64,000 nucleotides of DNA from Flectonema sp. DT1601. Taxonomy: Eukaryota. The notes under the pieces were generated by a model. That model worked only from the letters and a program-made list of their open reading frames with translations, was not told the origin of the DNA and did not search any database. The stretch covers positions 62,001 through 126,000 of the forward strand of contig OZ025789.1 in the NCBI GenBank assembly GCA_964019425.1. Reading direction: 5' to 3'. Made by a program: the position numbers and the translations under genes. This document shows positions 57,801 through 59,294 of this stretch, one piece after another (the stretch's first letter is position 1; each line of letters starts with the position of its first letter).

Positions 57801-59294
57801 GCTCATCGAACCAGACCCGTCGAGCAGGAAGGCGATGTCCACAGGCGGACACTGAACCTTCGGGTCCACACAGTGGGTGTTCGCTGAATCCCAAACACAG
57901 TCAGGTGACGCAGCCAAACAGTCGCACTTGTCGGCGATGTCGCTGCACTCGCGCTTCTGGCACTGCGTCCCAGCCGCGTTGTTCGCGTTCCAGTAGCAAG
58001 GTCCGAGGCTGTCCGCGTTGCATGCGTCCTTCGCCTTGTGCGTCGTCGGACAGTACGCGTCCACACACTCCGCCGGCGATTTCGTCAGGTCCCAGTCACA
58101 GAGCAGGTTCGTTTCACAGCTTCCCTCGTTGTCGTACACGTGGCACCCGTCCTCCACGCACTCCGCAGGGTTCTTGCTGTCGTCCCACTTGCACGATCCC
58201 GCTGGCTGGTGGGCATCACACGCACCGATGTTGTTATACACATGGCACCCGGCAATCAGTACCTGGGTTCCGAACACGTCATCCGGGTTCATGCACAGGT
58301 CTCCAACTCCTCCCCACTCGCAAACGAATCCCTCGATGTGGTCGTGTCCGTTCGGGTAGTCGTTCCACTTACCGCTGGCGTAGTAGTGTCCGTAGTCTTC
58401 TCCGGTGGTATCGCAAGTTCCCGGACACGGTCTCGAGTATTCGTTCGGTTCTCCAGATTGCCAGTTTGTGTACGCACCGTTCGCAACCACGAATCCAGAT
58501 CCTCTTCCCCTTCCGATCAGCTGACCCTTCCCACAGTCTACCCCGCTGCACGGTGTCTTAGATCCGGGAAGCGGGTATCCGAGGTCGCACGCCGAACGCT
58601 GCGGTCCAGTCACCCCAAGGTTGTACGGTGGGCAACCCTCTGGTCCAGTCAGCCACCTCCATTCTCCCTCCTTCGCAACGTCACCGCTTCCGATCCATCC
58701 CTCCCCGTGAAGCTTCTCAGAGGCAACCCTTTCTTCCTGCGCGTCGGTGATGGTCACCAGGTAACCCACCAACCCGAGGATGTCCTGGCTCTCCAAAGCG
58801 CACTCCGCTTGTCCCTGGTCCCAGTGGCATTTTCCGGACCTCCCTTGGCTGTCCCGGCAGTTCCCCTTGGCGCTCGAGTAGTATTCGTAGAAGTGTCCGG
58901 TTACCGTCGAGTACATCGCATGTCCGAAGTTGTAAGTCACACGTCGGGAAGCCCCATTTCCCGATGATGTCCTAAACTGAATTGACGATAAGGCCGCGGC
59001 ATATTCGGCGATCGTAGCTGACCCAGAGAGAGTCATGATACCAGTGCTCACATCAAAGTTAGCGCTGATTCCTCCAGTGCACGCGGTGCACGTCAAGGTG
59101 TCGGCTCCCCTAACGTATCCCTCCTCAATGTCCATCACAGCTCCAGAGATCGAGGTGCTACAATCACATGTGGCAGATGTGAATGTAATTTGACTGCAAT
59201 CGACATCAGGGAAAGGTGTCATTAGCACTCCCTGTTCATATTTCAATCCACTGCTCACTCCCAACAGTCCTAACAACGCAATGAGCTGCCTCAT
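21891..59294 (-). CDS. Giant (~12,467 aa) single-exon type I membrane/surface protein: 19 vWA domains, 3 C-type lectin modules, Cys-rich CxW and EGF-like repeats, C-terminal TM helix (complete copy, 'copy 2')
   Basis: Uninterrupted 37.4-kb ORF. The track starts it at TTG 59312; the first ATG is at 59294 and gives a signal-like MRQLIALLGLLGVSSG. TAG stop at 21891-21893. Repeated CPxLDxxxxxDGSGS...IITDG vWA motifs, EPN/WND lectin motifs, and a hydrophobic LPAALILVLWILVIALIVFLAYSLM segment near the C-terminus. Confidence 0.95.
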   Translation of the reverse strand: MRQLIALLGLLGVSSGLKYEQGVLMTPFPDVDCSQITFTSATCDCSTSISGAVMDIEEGYVRGADTLTCTACTGGISANFDVSTGIMTLSGSATIAEYAAALSSIQFRTSSGNGASRRVTYNFGHAMYSTVTGHFYEYYSSAKGNCRDSQGRSGKCHWDQGQAECALESQDILGLVGYLVTITDAQEERVASEKLHGEGWIGSGDVAKEGEWRWLTGPEGCPPYNLGVTGPQRSACDLGYPLPGSKTPCSGVDCGKGQLIGRGRGSGFVVANGAYTNWQSGEPNEYSRPCPGTCDTTGEDYGHYYASGKWNDYPNGHDHIEGFVCEWGGVGDLCMNPDDVFGTQVLIAGCHVYNNIGACDAHQPAGSCKWDDSKNPAECVEDGCHVYDNEGSCETNLLCDWDLTKSPAECVDAYCPTTHKAKDACNADSLGPCYWNANNAAGTQCQKRECSDIADKCDCLAASPDCVWDSANTHCVDPKVQCPPVDIAFLLDGSGSMSARFGSHAVGFYGMMEEMRDFLHAAELAPSSTSTYGIRASMVQFGKPGDSQTAQDTPPAGFVNCKAWVPVSGTTGGGAPLSGNYAALSKDVTFHENFFCRRWSQGKTILEPALREVDSIFGRDGSTRKKIVMIITDGALHDRDSDVRAAEDDLKTKYNAQIFGIVVRKATGHTRQDLRAEAKLKPLVSDPQDEHFLNVDLDHFKEQVLDQICDPKSVFGRGIAVNTVTVPLGCASKGSETDCMADLDCKWDSSISPSCTQSDCYPLCSETDCKAHPGCKWDNGNCKREEPGCTGKNQVDCKANDNCLWDAMWATDTCIDNPCRVHEDEQPCEAVSVQMGAPCSPPAGDPDYCFLSVCEYDPSKSPKCYPKKCLHTKEGTCNAEDGCEWVPVQTPPPAGPPSTLIEYCAEKICLYVSAPTCNADGKCEWDTALDKCVERPCVKHPDDVSCNADTACHWDTTGTPPVCTQTPCGGYSNTACLNDDKCMWQTKANPAYCAVKTCDKYNNPKDECKCSEDPDCTWVATDPKNPHCAIPSLAQCPDLDVAFIIDGSGSMWRSFGRHAHGYTALLEMLRDWVKTLPLTGEDHTVGAQSSVKGGTFRITFIQFSKANARPDEDHPTNCAIGQCTDGLLSGNLQELMGDIDWHEANYQRHWTYIHDALQDVADHTFLVSPPGRKQIVVIIADGGLTDINGDACSSGNSCNQCPFGCDQNWQPTYPGMLNKAQQDLRREKVVVFGVVMRRFTKRTHQDDYAELRLKPLVTDPKDDHFLNLQLDEIPSQLLNVFCDPSSPIGRSLIPPVDSTHFPCATWGFKDECNADKYCEWKQPKLRTCDSPTGCPELNCQAVPSQYTGLYRCANCKLQRATVICGAGVVSAIDGTCGTTHCKDCCEKDCCDKDPACAWSGTPKECTRKVCEHTDKTNCEGDADSLCVWDDNTRDCSKKPCAAVFVREACLNKTECLWDTGVDPPVCLQVPTCDGKSQADCLADPQCVYNCSLPTECRDSRCQYTTPGTCGVDSNCEWKNGACSEKLCSYTAQQPCDAAGCENCKWNTKSNQCEVDKCKVHTNQNNCNQDPLCVWDGTTPCVTDYCPSFGNDIVGCDHDPRCHWNTTTAPASCQPTVCTVAHNANYPPASKVADSCESDPNCKKGTDSKGDYCETAKCSDFLKNCECTKQPNCYWDSTASPKCRDVHVSACPDLDVVFVLDGSGSMSGTFGKHPHGYFGMVEMLRDWMQTLPLTGEDHTVGKGSTVVGGTFRLAFVQFSRTDEYWVCKNNNQGCTRSRKCRDPVPKGTCTDGELSGKLSELDVDLDWHETNYMGSVTYMAKALEDAVHVFQGSPSHRQHVLIVITDGAMNPKEPQSSVEIPRIRQNLDAMDVITFGVVVRKSAAHTKDDLDAEKTLKPITSDPHDDHFVNVPLDDMLEEVFKDFCDPAGRFGAAIQAHQNQGGGSTTPPATGASVPCSKWGVKLECRADQACDWQDQVPQKCAAADGCLNLNCLELSATQKASGFVCENCMLAGGSVTCTAGARNTANGMCVTTECEKHCLKPECDRATGCFWDQDKCQREVCEYPKQQDCVQDDLCDWNTTKVPAECDPKKCQHFAPGPCNADDKCKWDYSTGTCNPTVPDCTQTKDEQKCLADPSGLCDWDCVSDSCINKVCQFTDQGSCENSRDPECEWGDGANPLCHKKRCTGTIQAECLADTACNWDGAACAETKCYKHADEVTCSRDTDCDWDAVGCGLCVEKYCFDKHTGKDSCNTDQKGLCRWDDAANKCVDKLCSDYNKPALFDAKDMVCLCTEDPRCIVDRSVSPIVCVDQKYSSCPDLDVVVSFDASCSMDKTFGRHPSGFDALMEVMRDWVQKVPLTGEDSTKGISSDVKGGKLRVAFNSWDTGVRVAQCPTCSCNPKNGVTKGDGIPTLSIIPGTTPAVADTCGKLTGDRSQLLGDLDWYEGEALRCKTKVKEAEEWAGEIFKESPAHRQKVLLIITDGRIMDKDELGPAGRVLAAEGVKVFGILLRRRASATARDMANLVTLKEIVSNPKETHALSLQVDEALSIMDGFCDPNSPFGTYITQGSSTPQVTTCSQIGALVSCDAEKTCQWNSISLKCEDHPCFSHCEEKNCTTDPTNKCLWSATSECEKAVCKDFQNQPDCKSNKCQWDQAKDPACFEPECDATTEDACVNLGEKCMWDTSLRPPDCVKTPCYYNKTECVADPACTWDDVCADPVDQKCVPKRCTLDSHKNQAGCQADIYCVWSQQLSCEPAPCVNYPDEKCCDHDDSCHWDVSQAPAVCKQKYCPSTYPTTAHVDPCNGDGLCMWNSTTNECVDKVCNKMEECACKKDPDCFWSGVKCADKKYGECPVMDIILLLDGSGSMSRNFGRHPHGFYALVEILRDWVKTLPLTGEPAASPTPGGPLTGGVRLGFVQFSGKNRGWPWPWSRGSSNAIETRGNTGTGGHLSGLESEINDDLDWHENNYLGKGTMIQLGLEMVGDMFDRSHKVSSRKRILIIVTDGKIYDPDVLAPARQVLNQEQVQTFGIVLRRQSGHTKADTDAEKTLKPITSDPHDDHFQNLQIDEVASQVFADICDPNGVWGHLIVSSTNAPGQSGLHKPCDHYTDTHDCTQDAGCVWDTASTACADSPCTAHCDNPTCTADTVNLCAWNSTTGDCWKKTECAYTTIAECVKSPEKCVWDNVKDPKCQKEKCTPNTNIQDCLDDPDSCEWINVRGKDQCVEKKCRHPDKTTCETDPNCAWSADACNGTRSSCKEVLCKHTNAGECTADSRCSWDATGVVGSCKENLCAKYLDERCCDHKDACKWDITVTPPVCGDKKCPKIGVKDTCNNETDCMWDNSKRTCRDLDCSKYPTRCPCDKNSKCYWKPGAGLNGQGQCVAIEFGECPTLDIGVILDGSGSMASTFGSHPHGFYALVEMMRDWVGKLPLNGEDASVGLNSAANNGGVRVAFVQFSGKNYRRSQAKTASGARTTNGRLSGVLGELDADLDFHENNYYKKGTMIEKALVMAGDIFHGSPVDGRQRVLFIFTDGRIYDEQSLAPARAELDREGVQTFGIVVRKKDQHTKADLDAEKTLKPITSDPHDEHFRNIMIDDIPDLIGSICDPNGPWGHLIAKDPPKPTTGVHHPCPDYVTETPCSQDAGCVWSDVGGLCVNSPCLMHCLEPDCRNDKGNNCTWNSQNATCSKAEDPTCPCKFVTNDPQYNEQQCNADARCTWESNKCIYDECKTKGVGCTAVGQSCSDPNKDPCSPDDYVCDCIPPTTIFPSGAQPSQLPANCRLDECVATCPTCANDTCTSVGQTCNDPNPTMTHHSDWTCTCPPPSTGKATAAAADCKIDECVVQQDTCKNQTCLDPNMNAASKGDWMCICPPPSNKTNVGGRADCKVDECTLHGDICANVGQRCVDPNFNQQGDWKCECLPPTNGTMTAGPAICLLDECEKDCPTCEKDVCKTATTGEQKCHDPDKTASSTGDWTCECIPPMTGLGHAAPAHCNIDECLKVCATCANDTCSSQNQTCHDPNHDATSLSDWVCKCPPPATDIAIAAAATPCEDDECHDPKNEKVCTAAGQVCVDDDKKTRGTWECVCVVPPAVAAVRGQQVPAHCEYPGECNTDDDAKKKCTDLGFVCDDPNPMVDGNWVCMCAPPAIGTNVTLGTPTDCLLDECVVTCPTCAQTDTSPTNVCSAEGQLCVDNKQSHTDLGDWTCECVPPQVGTPAVAAPAKCQLDECVAVCSTCAQTQQGGSHTCTSVGQTCEDPNKSVDSVSDWMCTCVDPGRGVATAKQADCVCDECRNNTICLVAGQTCFDSVKTCPPQKDFKCECPPPTSGVMTGAPVATCEVDECVENGATCRAVGQTCRDPNAAKLHDWECMCPPPSVGIAITQQAKCVLDECVQTCPTCAGSTCSDAGQECEDPKMTLQSTNDWLCKCPPPSSNVATGKPAKCEEDECDTNGFKCTVDCRAGSLDCQQTCFDPNTSVNSTDDWRCVCPPPSSDFSIAKAAECTNDPCKHDNEQTCLSDPEGCEWKDLPTPGCSRKPCLHDKQSDCAADPMCDWSSGSGAVGNLANQMTYEKDVAVKPFEGLTCQTPGSWKNGCSCTTTIGSNVLPGATVDIEDGYLSGKDTLTCVACKSLGLTAEWHAVSGMLTISTGTADELAKAVASIEFSTSADNSGKRRITWNYGHGFYSSHTGSFYHFYPKSTCAGGACTWSDAQEQCASDSNQILGLRGYLITITSEVEDEVARMKLEGQGWMGASDVGEEGTWSWVTGPEGAAGGCQYSSTSSSCNLASEKGLPFGSGTGGNFAPAVDPNTGRDMYGNWANNEPNDFRGPCPGSCVKDGEDFGHFLWPSGEWNDYPGDHQRIDGYICEWGGIGEMCADVSDATGVTDLVAGVCVEKACVNDTETDCKANPKCSWVGGNVEPCVVAPCVEIPNEKECDKDPVCHWDVTVSPSLCTEKICNKNKDPTTCNVKDDCVWDDGANRCVDKVCDPFERCDCKAEPKCFWDTSSGSGKCVENRYGQCPTLDVVLLLDGSGSMSQNFGRHPNGFYAMMEMIRDWVKTLPLTGESHQVGANSTAPNGGMRMGVIQFSGIPISGGTAVDKAAIKSPIGVGSFGSLTGKLTELQSDIDYHEANYLQAGTYINQGLGWAGDMFRASPAGRKRVLIIITDGAIKDDDKLASARATLNQESVEVFGVVLRRQATHTSVDTLAEEKLKPITSDPHDDHFENLMIDELPTTVLNGLCDPNSKWGALLLPGAAAQNQSGVHKPCPQYVDQVLCTADAGCVFSSIGLECVDSPCVEHCNETRCTADTLNDCYWNASVAGLEGCWKNPLCSYQDDVTCEKDQKCDWNQTKRDCEERICNQQTEAECDLDPNGCEWDGLQQMCVEKPCKHTNSSACNSDALCEWDGCDGVTDGAQCIKKRCAAAPGAPALTEQACNSDQHCEWKSNACGLKQCTVHSDERCCDKDSSCHWDVSLTPAQCSVKHCATMNQDKPACNTDPLCTFNDSSTECVDKVCKDLDRCDCLAETKCFWNSLAPTPFCTETKFGQCPTLDLVLLLDGSGSMSAPFGRHPHGFYGLMEMLRDWMKTLPLNGEKADVGLNSAANTGEVRVGLIQFSGKNKNGPSSGRADAKGTPPGTGTETRLSGDFDELSADVDWHEANYYSRGTMIQKGLQMSADMFHQSPNDGRQRVLIIITDGRIYDPNTLQQARSELDTEQVKVFGVVVRRSAQHTKADLDAEETLKPITSNPHDAHFQNLQIDEVPEKVLGDICDPNGVFGSLVLGQAAQQGSGGANPASGGVHQPCPQHLRQAGCLADPGCVWFDNSLSCGDSPCLHHCEEKNCTADAANGCMWANGTICVREPKTGCEIYTGKPEDCKKQKDCQVDKDGSTCVDKKCNRDNEQGCLADPDDCVWNNLNQECTETPCKETEEGPCVASQDGCVWQTTIPLNSTVSAYARGQPMVPFPTVSCTVSGKCSCSDTVKGAAVDVEEGYVKGKDVLACDQCAGLGFEAEWHDVPGVLYLKSTTAKTMAEYAAAIATVTFTTTSDAGSPRKITWNYGHGFLSSATGHYYHYFSKTECQNVDPTASECHWGQAQAECESADNMILGLRGYLITITSEEEDQVAKMKLEGQGWMGAADKNDEGRWGWVVGPEGLDGGCTYAADQSGCDLTSQVGLVIGSGSGGSFVAATDANTGKPMYTNWEAGEPNNYKGACPGSCATEGENYAHFRWPSGEWNDFPGDHQRIDGYICEWGGVGELCVDPKDASGRVEVTAGTCVEEKCKADRKDPCVADPYCEWKDNNNNTNSTGCVQKKCTEYMTEIQCDRIEDCHWNPSISPAMCVEKPCAKLRDEPTCEADSDCAWDKDRTKCIEKDCNKLEKCDCVEDEKCYWKALASQPQQGSCVKVTYGECPTLDVVMILDGSGSMSQNFGRHPHGFYALMEMVRDWVKTLPLSGEKAVVGSNSGAGSEKLRVALVQFSGHPEHFTFGDIVNSVAFPPVGVGAGGRLTGDLAELSADVDWHEANYLEAGTYIEKALVRAGSIFKSSSPVDGRKRVLIIITDGKIQDDDKLAQAKNDLDGMDVQTFGIVVRRTNQLTQNDIDAETSLKPITSDPHDDHFLNLMIDEVPDKALNGICDPNGPWGHLIVDQAAIAAQTQAQQAGVHRPCPNYGNKVPCSSDVGCKWSDVLIACLDSPCVKHCTQEQCANSTGDCNWNSTVLECFNKEVCPGISDPNACDQNDKCSWNATGNKCIDTPCLHPDEPSCIADSTFDCTWDTVNGSCIETRCTQVDKTSCNQEAGCEWDEACGEGTCVGVPCQHADETECSKDVLCQWSQQSLTCSRKACAVYPDEKCCNHKDGCHWDVQQAPAVCAELPCRKFGEQVACSDERDCMWKDNKCVEKDCGEFEKCECDADPDCFFSISDGGSHCTFQRYATCPTLDVVLLIDGGASMSRAFGRHPNGFYALVEVVRDWAATLPLSGEAAGTTSMPQTKAMRLAMVQFAGSSQWPSSDEKQALSSPPGTGSGGRLSGVLSEVEADADFHEGNFMGESAAAQPDLKQTYLLGGLQKAVSLFQTSPFDGRKRVLIIVADGELNDKDSYTAARAALDQAQVHVFGIALRPFSTVSTDDVKTQQTLSGALSDPKDQHLQSLQVDEVASALKGLCDPNHAWGKFIADTSDGVACTLYASKDPCNKDDGCVWFDRTLSCGDSPCLAHCKQDNCTSADADNHCVWNQTLGACRKEELCNHPDTVECEKDDKCEVDPADKKTCIGKICDHDNQQGCLADPKGPCVWNESGKDCSKQPCVYFEPVFCNNDTECTWNRDADLCETIKCRWGQQVECEEKDGGICEWKNNACTFKPCKEHPDEKTCGKDDLCSWGTDCEVKYCKRYGEPGACDQDGECMWLNNTCVEKNCGEFEVCRCRKDGDCYWDKGTCKTSKFGECPTLDIVLVVDGSGSMSQSFGVHPHGFYGLMEMLKTWVQSLSLSGVPAGGSPLLDGKARVGFVQFSGIPTNKLPNGNVDAAQTTPAQIGTSGRLTGLRTELDAELEWQETNYMQGGTYIASALDTAADMFKESPGSLRKKVLLVFTDGEIKDVDRLKDARGRLENAGVVTFGVVVRRFLAHTAVDLDAENSLRPITSEPHVDHYLNLMLSEIPDALDGLCDPNSLWGKYVVDPQSQAGVHKPCRNYVDKTKCDSDPGCLYQEVLTACVDTPCIRHCEESECNGDQGNHCEWNSQEQVCYKKEICPHTTPQACNQDAMCAWNVTAGTGGECGEKPCLHPDENSCLADTEFECTWQTGSRECVLTPCQYPDSTTCGADSGCKWDNSCPDEECVVKPCEGAGSDAACTADSRCQWNGSCSAKVCSEYAGEQCCNAVDGCHWDVQQSPALCAQLPCRKFDQNGCKGEDECMWSDAKLTCVEKDCGVMDKCQCEGDADCFFSSTAVSSHCTFQRYGTCPTLDIVLLLDGGASMSRAFGRHPNGFYALVEVVKDWAATLPLSKEAAGQPSVANTKAIRLALVQFAGSSKWTSDDPRQATFSPPGTGSGGHLTGSLSEVRADAEYHMGAFLGGSLVTQPTTQQTYLLAGLEKAVSLFRASPVDGRRRVLIIVSDGELHDKDAYGQAMSELDQAQVRIFGAVIRPFGTRTAIDLRAEETLKQIVSSPASAHFQNILVDELATALNGICEPQHVWGRYVADVSEEVLPCPTVAEKDPCNKQSHCVWFDETLSCGDSPCLKHCKQDNCTADWPNQCQWKSGGCVKEEVCKHPTAARCLQDEKCEVADDGKTCIGKKCEHDNEQGCLADPDPCEWNNLAQTCGKRPCTYDAVATCEQDLNCTWNLDADYCELKKCSPYTEKGDCLTKPAAGLCEWVKQIGGNSLCETAPCKQYSSEKECNGDVICEWDTSIAPGTCNEKYCRRHCTKRGCNQATCKADAKCMTEGNSCVTKVCDKLSSDPCECHNDPDCFWIPSEQACVDTRYGTCPTLDLVVLFDGSGSMSNAFGRHPHGYFAEVEMLKSWVQGLPLSGEAAGTPSTVNRKTRVAFIQFSGVPQDSGSPVTGPIPGSALKTPSNTGTAGRLSGDAGELLADLSWHEANYMAQGTYIRAGLDMAAGIFQDSPLDGRRRALFIITDGAIQDKNLLASAQAKLSSQQVEVFGIVVRRFATHTQLDADAEETLKPITSDPHADHFVNVDMDELADVNGPLTKMCDPATGWGSGLAMQPVGGQHQPCRKYEGKTSCMSDRGCVWSETLLGCVNSPCVVHCSEAMCDGDVTNGCVGGWNELEKTCYRKEVCGGDNVVTCESEEGCEWNATATDCGEKRCHHKTEDSCLADTEAVCMWKDPTTCVLMPCVNHEARQECESDTEKSCMWTGDKTCVQKKCVYTAEVDCRSDALCDWQTSNLTCTVRPCVEYTEDKSCDADRRCHWDTSTSPGSCQLERCAKYPEQAMCEADSGCLWEKDLCVEKTCHKIPERCGCQQDPSCFWSNTGGRGRCEEQAYGKCPTLDVALVLDGSGSMSQSFGRHPHGFYAMMEMIRDWVKTLPLSGEDSAVGSNSVPSGGVRVGLVQFSGLAGSTGPTGGVVNSAQRTPPGVGANGRLSGDLAQLQADIEWHEDNYMKQLTFIEEGLVMASNMFAQDSPVDGRRKIIIIITDGVLMDGDKLSGVRSTLKQQQVLVFGIAVRRFSARTQGDIDAEAALKPVVSAPADEHFLSLMLDEVPTEVLTGLCDPASKWGRYVAGGGSGSIGLPAGAVPCEQFPSKGTCNQEKGCAWGDSAQVCGNTPCFQHCDDGPCTDDKENHCEWNGTESVCWKSKLCAHPDETSCAQDDECAWRNNTCAEKPCVHADEDACLADPEGCVYDSLLLTCSLEPCKTLKTEDGCSTEKEICEWDKHGLICKPKRCVSCGGNSTCCVEDESNKQWCEMNTTSNVCQEKPCVGYADEVSCHEDLVCEWDSAVAPGKCKEKFCSQYGESVSCNNEPACHWDFSTCSDKKCGDYAKDLTNTDEVHCACNSNPECFWHDNVCVDVHYGACPTMDIVVLFDGSASMANQFGRHPRGYAALLEMLRDWSLLLPLANDYGRADRNGTGYPVGLTRISFIQFSGNENKKVNGVVRGSSLSTPLSGVNGAAGGRLSGYMPELTVDLDWQEKNFMGGGSFLAESFDTAAGLLAGAPNDGRKKVVMVIIDGKIEDGDQTALAKSKLDAIGVHTVGIVIRKSQSHTAGDLEAEASLRPLVTEPQETHFTNLMIDELQENVFDKWCNPGTPWGRWLVNLGTTDSHLPCDFHHNSAECNRDSGCQWDDSLVRCANTPCLQLCSEKLCMSAEESLLCEYDAKDHACGKKKVCAAANANDCGSDPECWWSTTKDRCEPRPCQHITETACVSDTEEECVWVEDKCSLKKCSYNVSADCLADVECTWDQVASVCSEKPCQYVVMDLCVGDKQCKWESNKCVERPCAQHLDESSCHTDVGCKWDVDSSPAYCTETYCARWKAESDCDGDAACAWDSQQRGCVESRCDRFNGNQCACQEEAGCFWSGASDECVTSVFGACPPLDVAVVFDGSGSMSQAFGRHPHGYEALTTFLKEWVKKLPLNGDSYTAKEQTKATGMRVGFVQFSTPGAPRTTAGMVGTANGLLSGNLSELEKDIEYHNKNQMADRTFVEGALEHAVEIFRASPPTRKRVLILITDGKLNDADMLKAVRGSLDALSVQTFGVVIRRLDTRTQEDIDAEFALKPVVSLPTDEHFLNLKLDDVVTEVFEAICDPTKKFGALIAMREGAAHQPCAVYESAGSCLDDTWCVWSESLLGCVNTPCLSYGCSESECNAATSDFCGWTNGKSCERQPACPKHASPQLCDADTANACRWNGSTCQVRKCNHQAEDSCVTDPEGCEWATDDMVCTKTECTYTEEAKCTQAAAAEGCQWKAEEKLCVKDRCQSATCEANPWCCECAAHADEVTCNHDDKCHWSVDDAPSMCKVKYCSRFSEQGSCSTDPQQRCSWDSVDGECADKNCTKIGEPCPCNKDLGCFWDGSKKECVTGQFGGCPLMDVVIAMDSTTSMQGAFDRHPNGYYAMVEKIRDWVKGIPLSGTLGKAFKESPAQGVRVGVVQFAAEAGAIKSPQGVGSAGHVTGDLDELLKDLDFHEKNIVGTERAYIKSALDLTKGMLGSVTRKRILLVLTDSELKDAATTATVQNLRTLLGMQVQTFGLLLRPTTAFDASSSTAREALKMITSTVQDEHFADATIDELDSILWALCDPHKQFGALIAKSATGSGSASTPCPNHLEKDACDTDLSCRWSDRLLSCADSGCLAHCDNATCAEDHANLCSWIDGSCFKQPICSHADVSECLIDPGCDWNANKVKCEKKKCQHESESGCVEDLVGCEWESAHDACVERPCTYTSQDACGVDAKCTWDSKIRGTMAWGPCVLIPCQASDEAGCLADGKKCEWSTGTPECVPKKCTPYPDEMTCDHDDACHWNTEESPPGCTQKYCSKHAEQAACKTDSEKCKWSGQGCVELKCSDLKDGCSCKAVDRCTWDAKRSACLEGAFGGCPVMDIAVVFDGSGSMSQAFGRHPHGFYAMVEQLRDWVKTLPLSLESAGTMDPQAGGLRVGFIQFSAPKSAVRAPAGTGTGGRFSGVVAELSADLDFHEQAYAMESTYISQALDFAANLFQSSPAGRRKVLLIVTDGKIHDAAELNSARAALGGQGVEVFGVVLRRFKAHSEVDLEAEAVLSGIVSEPKADHYVNIPLDDFSREVLVDICNPNSKFGKIILNYQSLEGHHLPCGSFVTEKACYREAACKWNATQLACEWSMCHDECDEGSCNGAAGCVWDATFGECGRVVECSASEKLACEAMKYTVTDEGCRWYEGDSVCGPPPCTATTEDNCVADPYGCQFDEEAADKSKCVEKMCNAPDPVTCDGKDTCQWDLVIGSCVEKPCVPYKTEDVCGKHSYDCEWKGNTCTPLECVPYTNERDCAADASCEWKTAHAPAHCGVKVCRVNEDKPSCEGVESCVWDEAQRTCDEGVSQCKRFSKSCECGKTSGCMWKDDSCMASMYANCPAVDVVVLMDGSTSMAEVFGRHPHGFLAVTELLLDWVKTLPLADGEGSGAATKVLRTSGFRVGFAQFSASGAAKRTSTEGTKGLLSGSEAQLVDDLHWHEDQFRGSATVESYASQAMEMASVMLDESPADRKKVVIVVADGAIPDANLMKATRGRLEAQRATVFGIQVRRFSRPSAVSESDAETMKALVTEPVDSHFESVEMSELADVFAGLCNEATSFGYYVSEHGEPLHKGSCGEWESAAGCEVDSLCKWAAAGAECVRSACPSFCAEDACAGAAAEERCGWDAGSQSCQKQVCEFATQGACESTTDTESCRWETSTLSAAVCKPNVGCYALEEEVSCNADHSCSWNAAKPACEERSKCGVIGTKPTCDDRRECVWNTATSTCDDVEGCGLYPTESECDLSQKDDCAWSASSRVCIEKDCGVWDEGQKCEAALCVWVDGSNGTVAHCEDPKGCAVYAGEEAKCIEDAVCEWDAGVCKDKTGCPIYKDATICQKLRAPAARCEWDAPNVMCKDGEGCFMYSEMKKCGADDKCEWFEGAALPTGVKQPLCGKKCAMIGEATDCEDTQGCKWEEATCKKNDGCEDAGDRAGCNQMEWCTWDVNRCVTSLPCSEWSTKETCDVRSDGKCEWTGSECVVGGCPALNQTACVEDASCSWNGTCTQAGACKECPAGMSGKNCDQCDFKVVDGSCVVCDRDATCSGKGDCENNMCACDPGWGGADCSVRMCAPSGAYWYTAYPNKPVKAEMFTVIVHGCFSQKKKNSGKLALMKGQDCLATVNQGCMVSEGSKITITETCQAAGVANPMLEPKVGMELMMNVTAQISGEYTLCYAMEGEKWAPVETHDRAGSRIGQLEVLEEFNDDAGARGATLLTAGEACCEGLQLGEACLPAALILVLWILVIALIVFLAYSLMKSRNENAALDQEKKERKFDDFEMDDGNKKMLDDDDDDDVRSPEK
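22026..22103 (-). other. Single transmembrane helix followed by a 44-aa acidic cytoplasmic tail
   Basis: CLPAALILVLWILVIALIVFLAYSLM, then KSR (positive-inside) and a tail ending MLDDDDDDDVRSPEK*. Confidence 0.88.
22590..24060 (-). other. Membrane-proximal stalk: CxW repeat array followed by laminin/tenascin-type EGF motifs
   Basis: Tandem C..y.....C.....C.W......C units, then CPAGMSGKNCDQC and CSGKGDCENNMCACDPGWGGADC. Confidence 0.75.
24116..40115 (-). other. vWA domains 9-19 with ~1.5-kb periodicity (starts near 40115, 38545, 37030, 35495, 33930, 32378, 30797, 29255, 27786, 26273, 24758)
   Basis: Eleven consecutive units of vWA (~220 aa) + Cys-rich CxW linker (~290 aa). MIDAS variants: DGGAS (10, 12), DGSAS (15), DSTTS (17), DGSTS (19). 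Confidence 0.9.
40580..41460 (-). other. Lectin module 3 (copy 1 equivalent 1805-2685)
   Basis: RKITWNYG...GHYYHYF...GYLITITS...EGRWGWVVGPEG...YTNWEAGEPNN...GEWND...GYICEWGG. Confidence 0.85.
42025..44275 (-). other. vWA domains 7-8, lying between lectin modules 2 and 3
   Basis: CPTLDVVLLLDGSGSMSQNFGRHPNG and CPTLDLVLLLDGSGSMSAPFGRHPHG. Confidence 0.9.
44721..45600 (-). other. Lectin module 2 (copy 1 equivalent 5946-6825)
   Basis: RRITWNYG...GYLITITS...GWMG...EGTWSWVTGPEG...YGNWANNEPND...GEWND...GYICEWGG. Confidence 0.85.
45815..48140 (-). other. Array of ~14 EGF-like Cys-rich repeats, consensus DEC...C...GQ.C.DP......DW.C.CPPP..G......C (copy 1 equivalent 7040-9365)
   Basis: Counted 13 DEC starts plus one PGEC variant, spaced about 45-60 aa apart. 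Confidence 0.75.
48495..57845 (-). other. vWA domains 1-6 with CxW linkers (domain starts near 57845, 56185, 54225, 52350, 50750, 49145)
   Basis: Each has D-hydrophobic strand-DxSxS (DGSGS; DASCS in domain 4), a xxQFS-like strand, a hydrophobic strand ending TDG/ADG, and a FGxV/I strand. Confidence 0.9.
58308..59220 (-). other. Lectin module 1: beta-rich Ig/cadherin-like domain + C-type lectin domain (copy 1 equivalent 19533-20445)
   Basis: GIMTLSGSATIAEYAAALSSIQF...RRVTYNFG, then GHFYEYY, GYLVTITD, GWIG, EGEWRWLTGPEG, YTNWQSGEPN, GEDYGH, GKWND, GFVCEWGG. Confidence 0.85.
59247..59294 (-). other. Signal peptide of the giant protein
   Basis: MRQLIALLGLLGVSSG: basic N-region, hydrophobic core, small residues at the likely cleavage site. 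Confidence 0.8.
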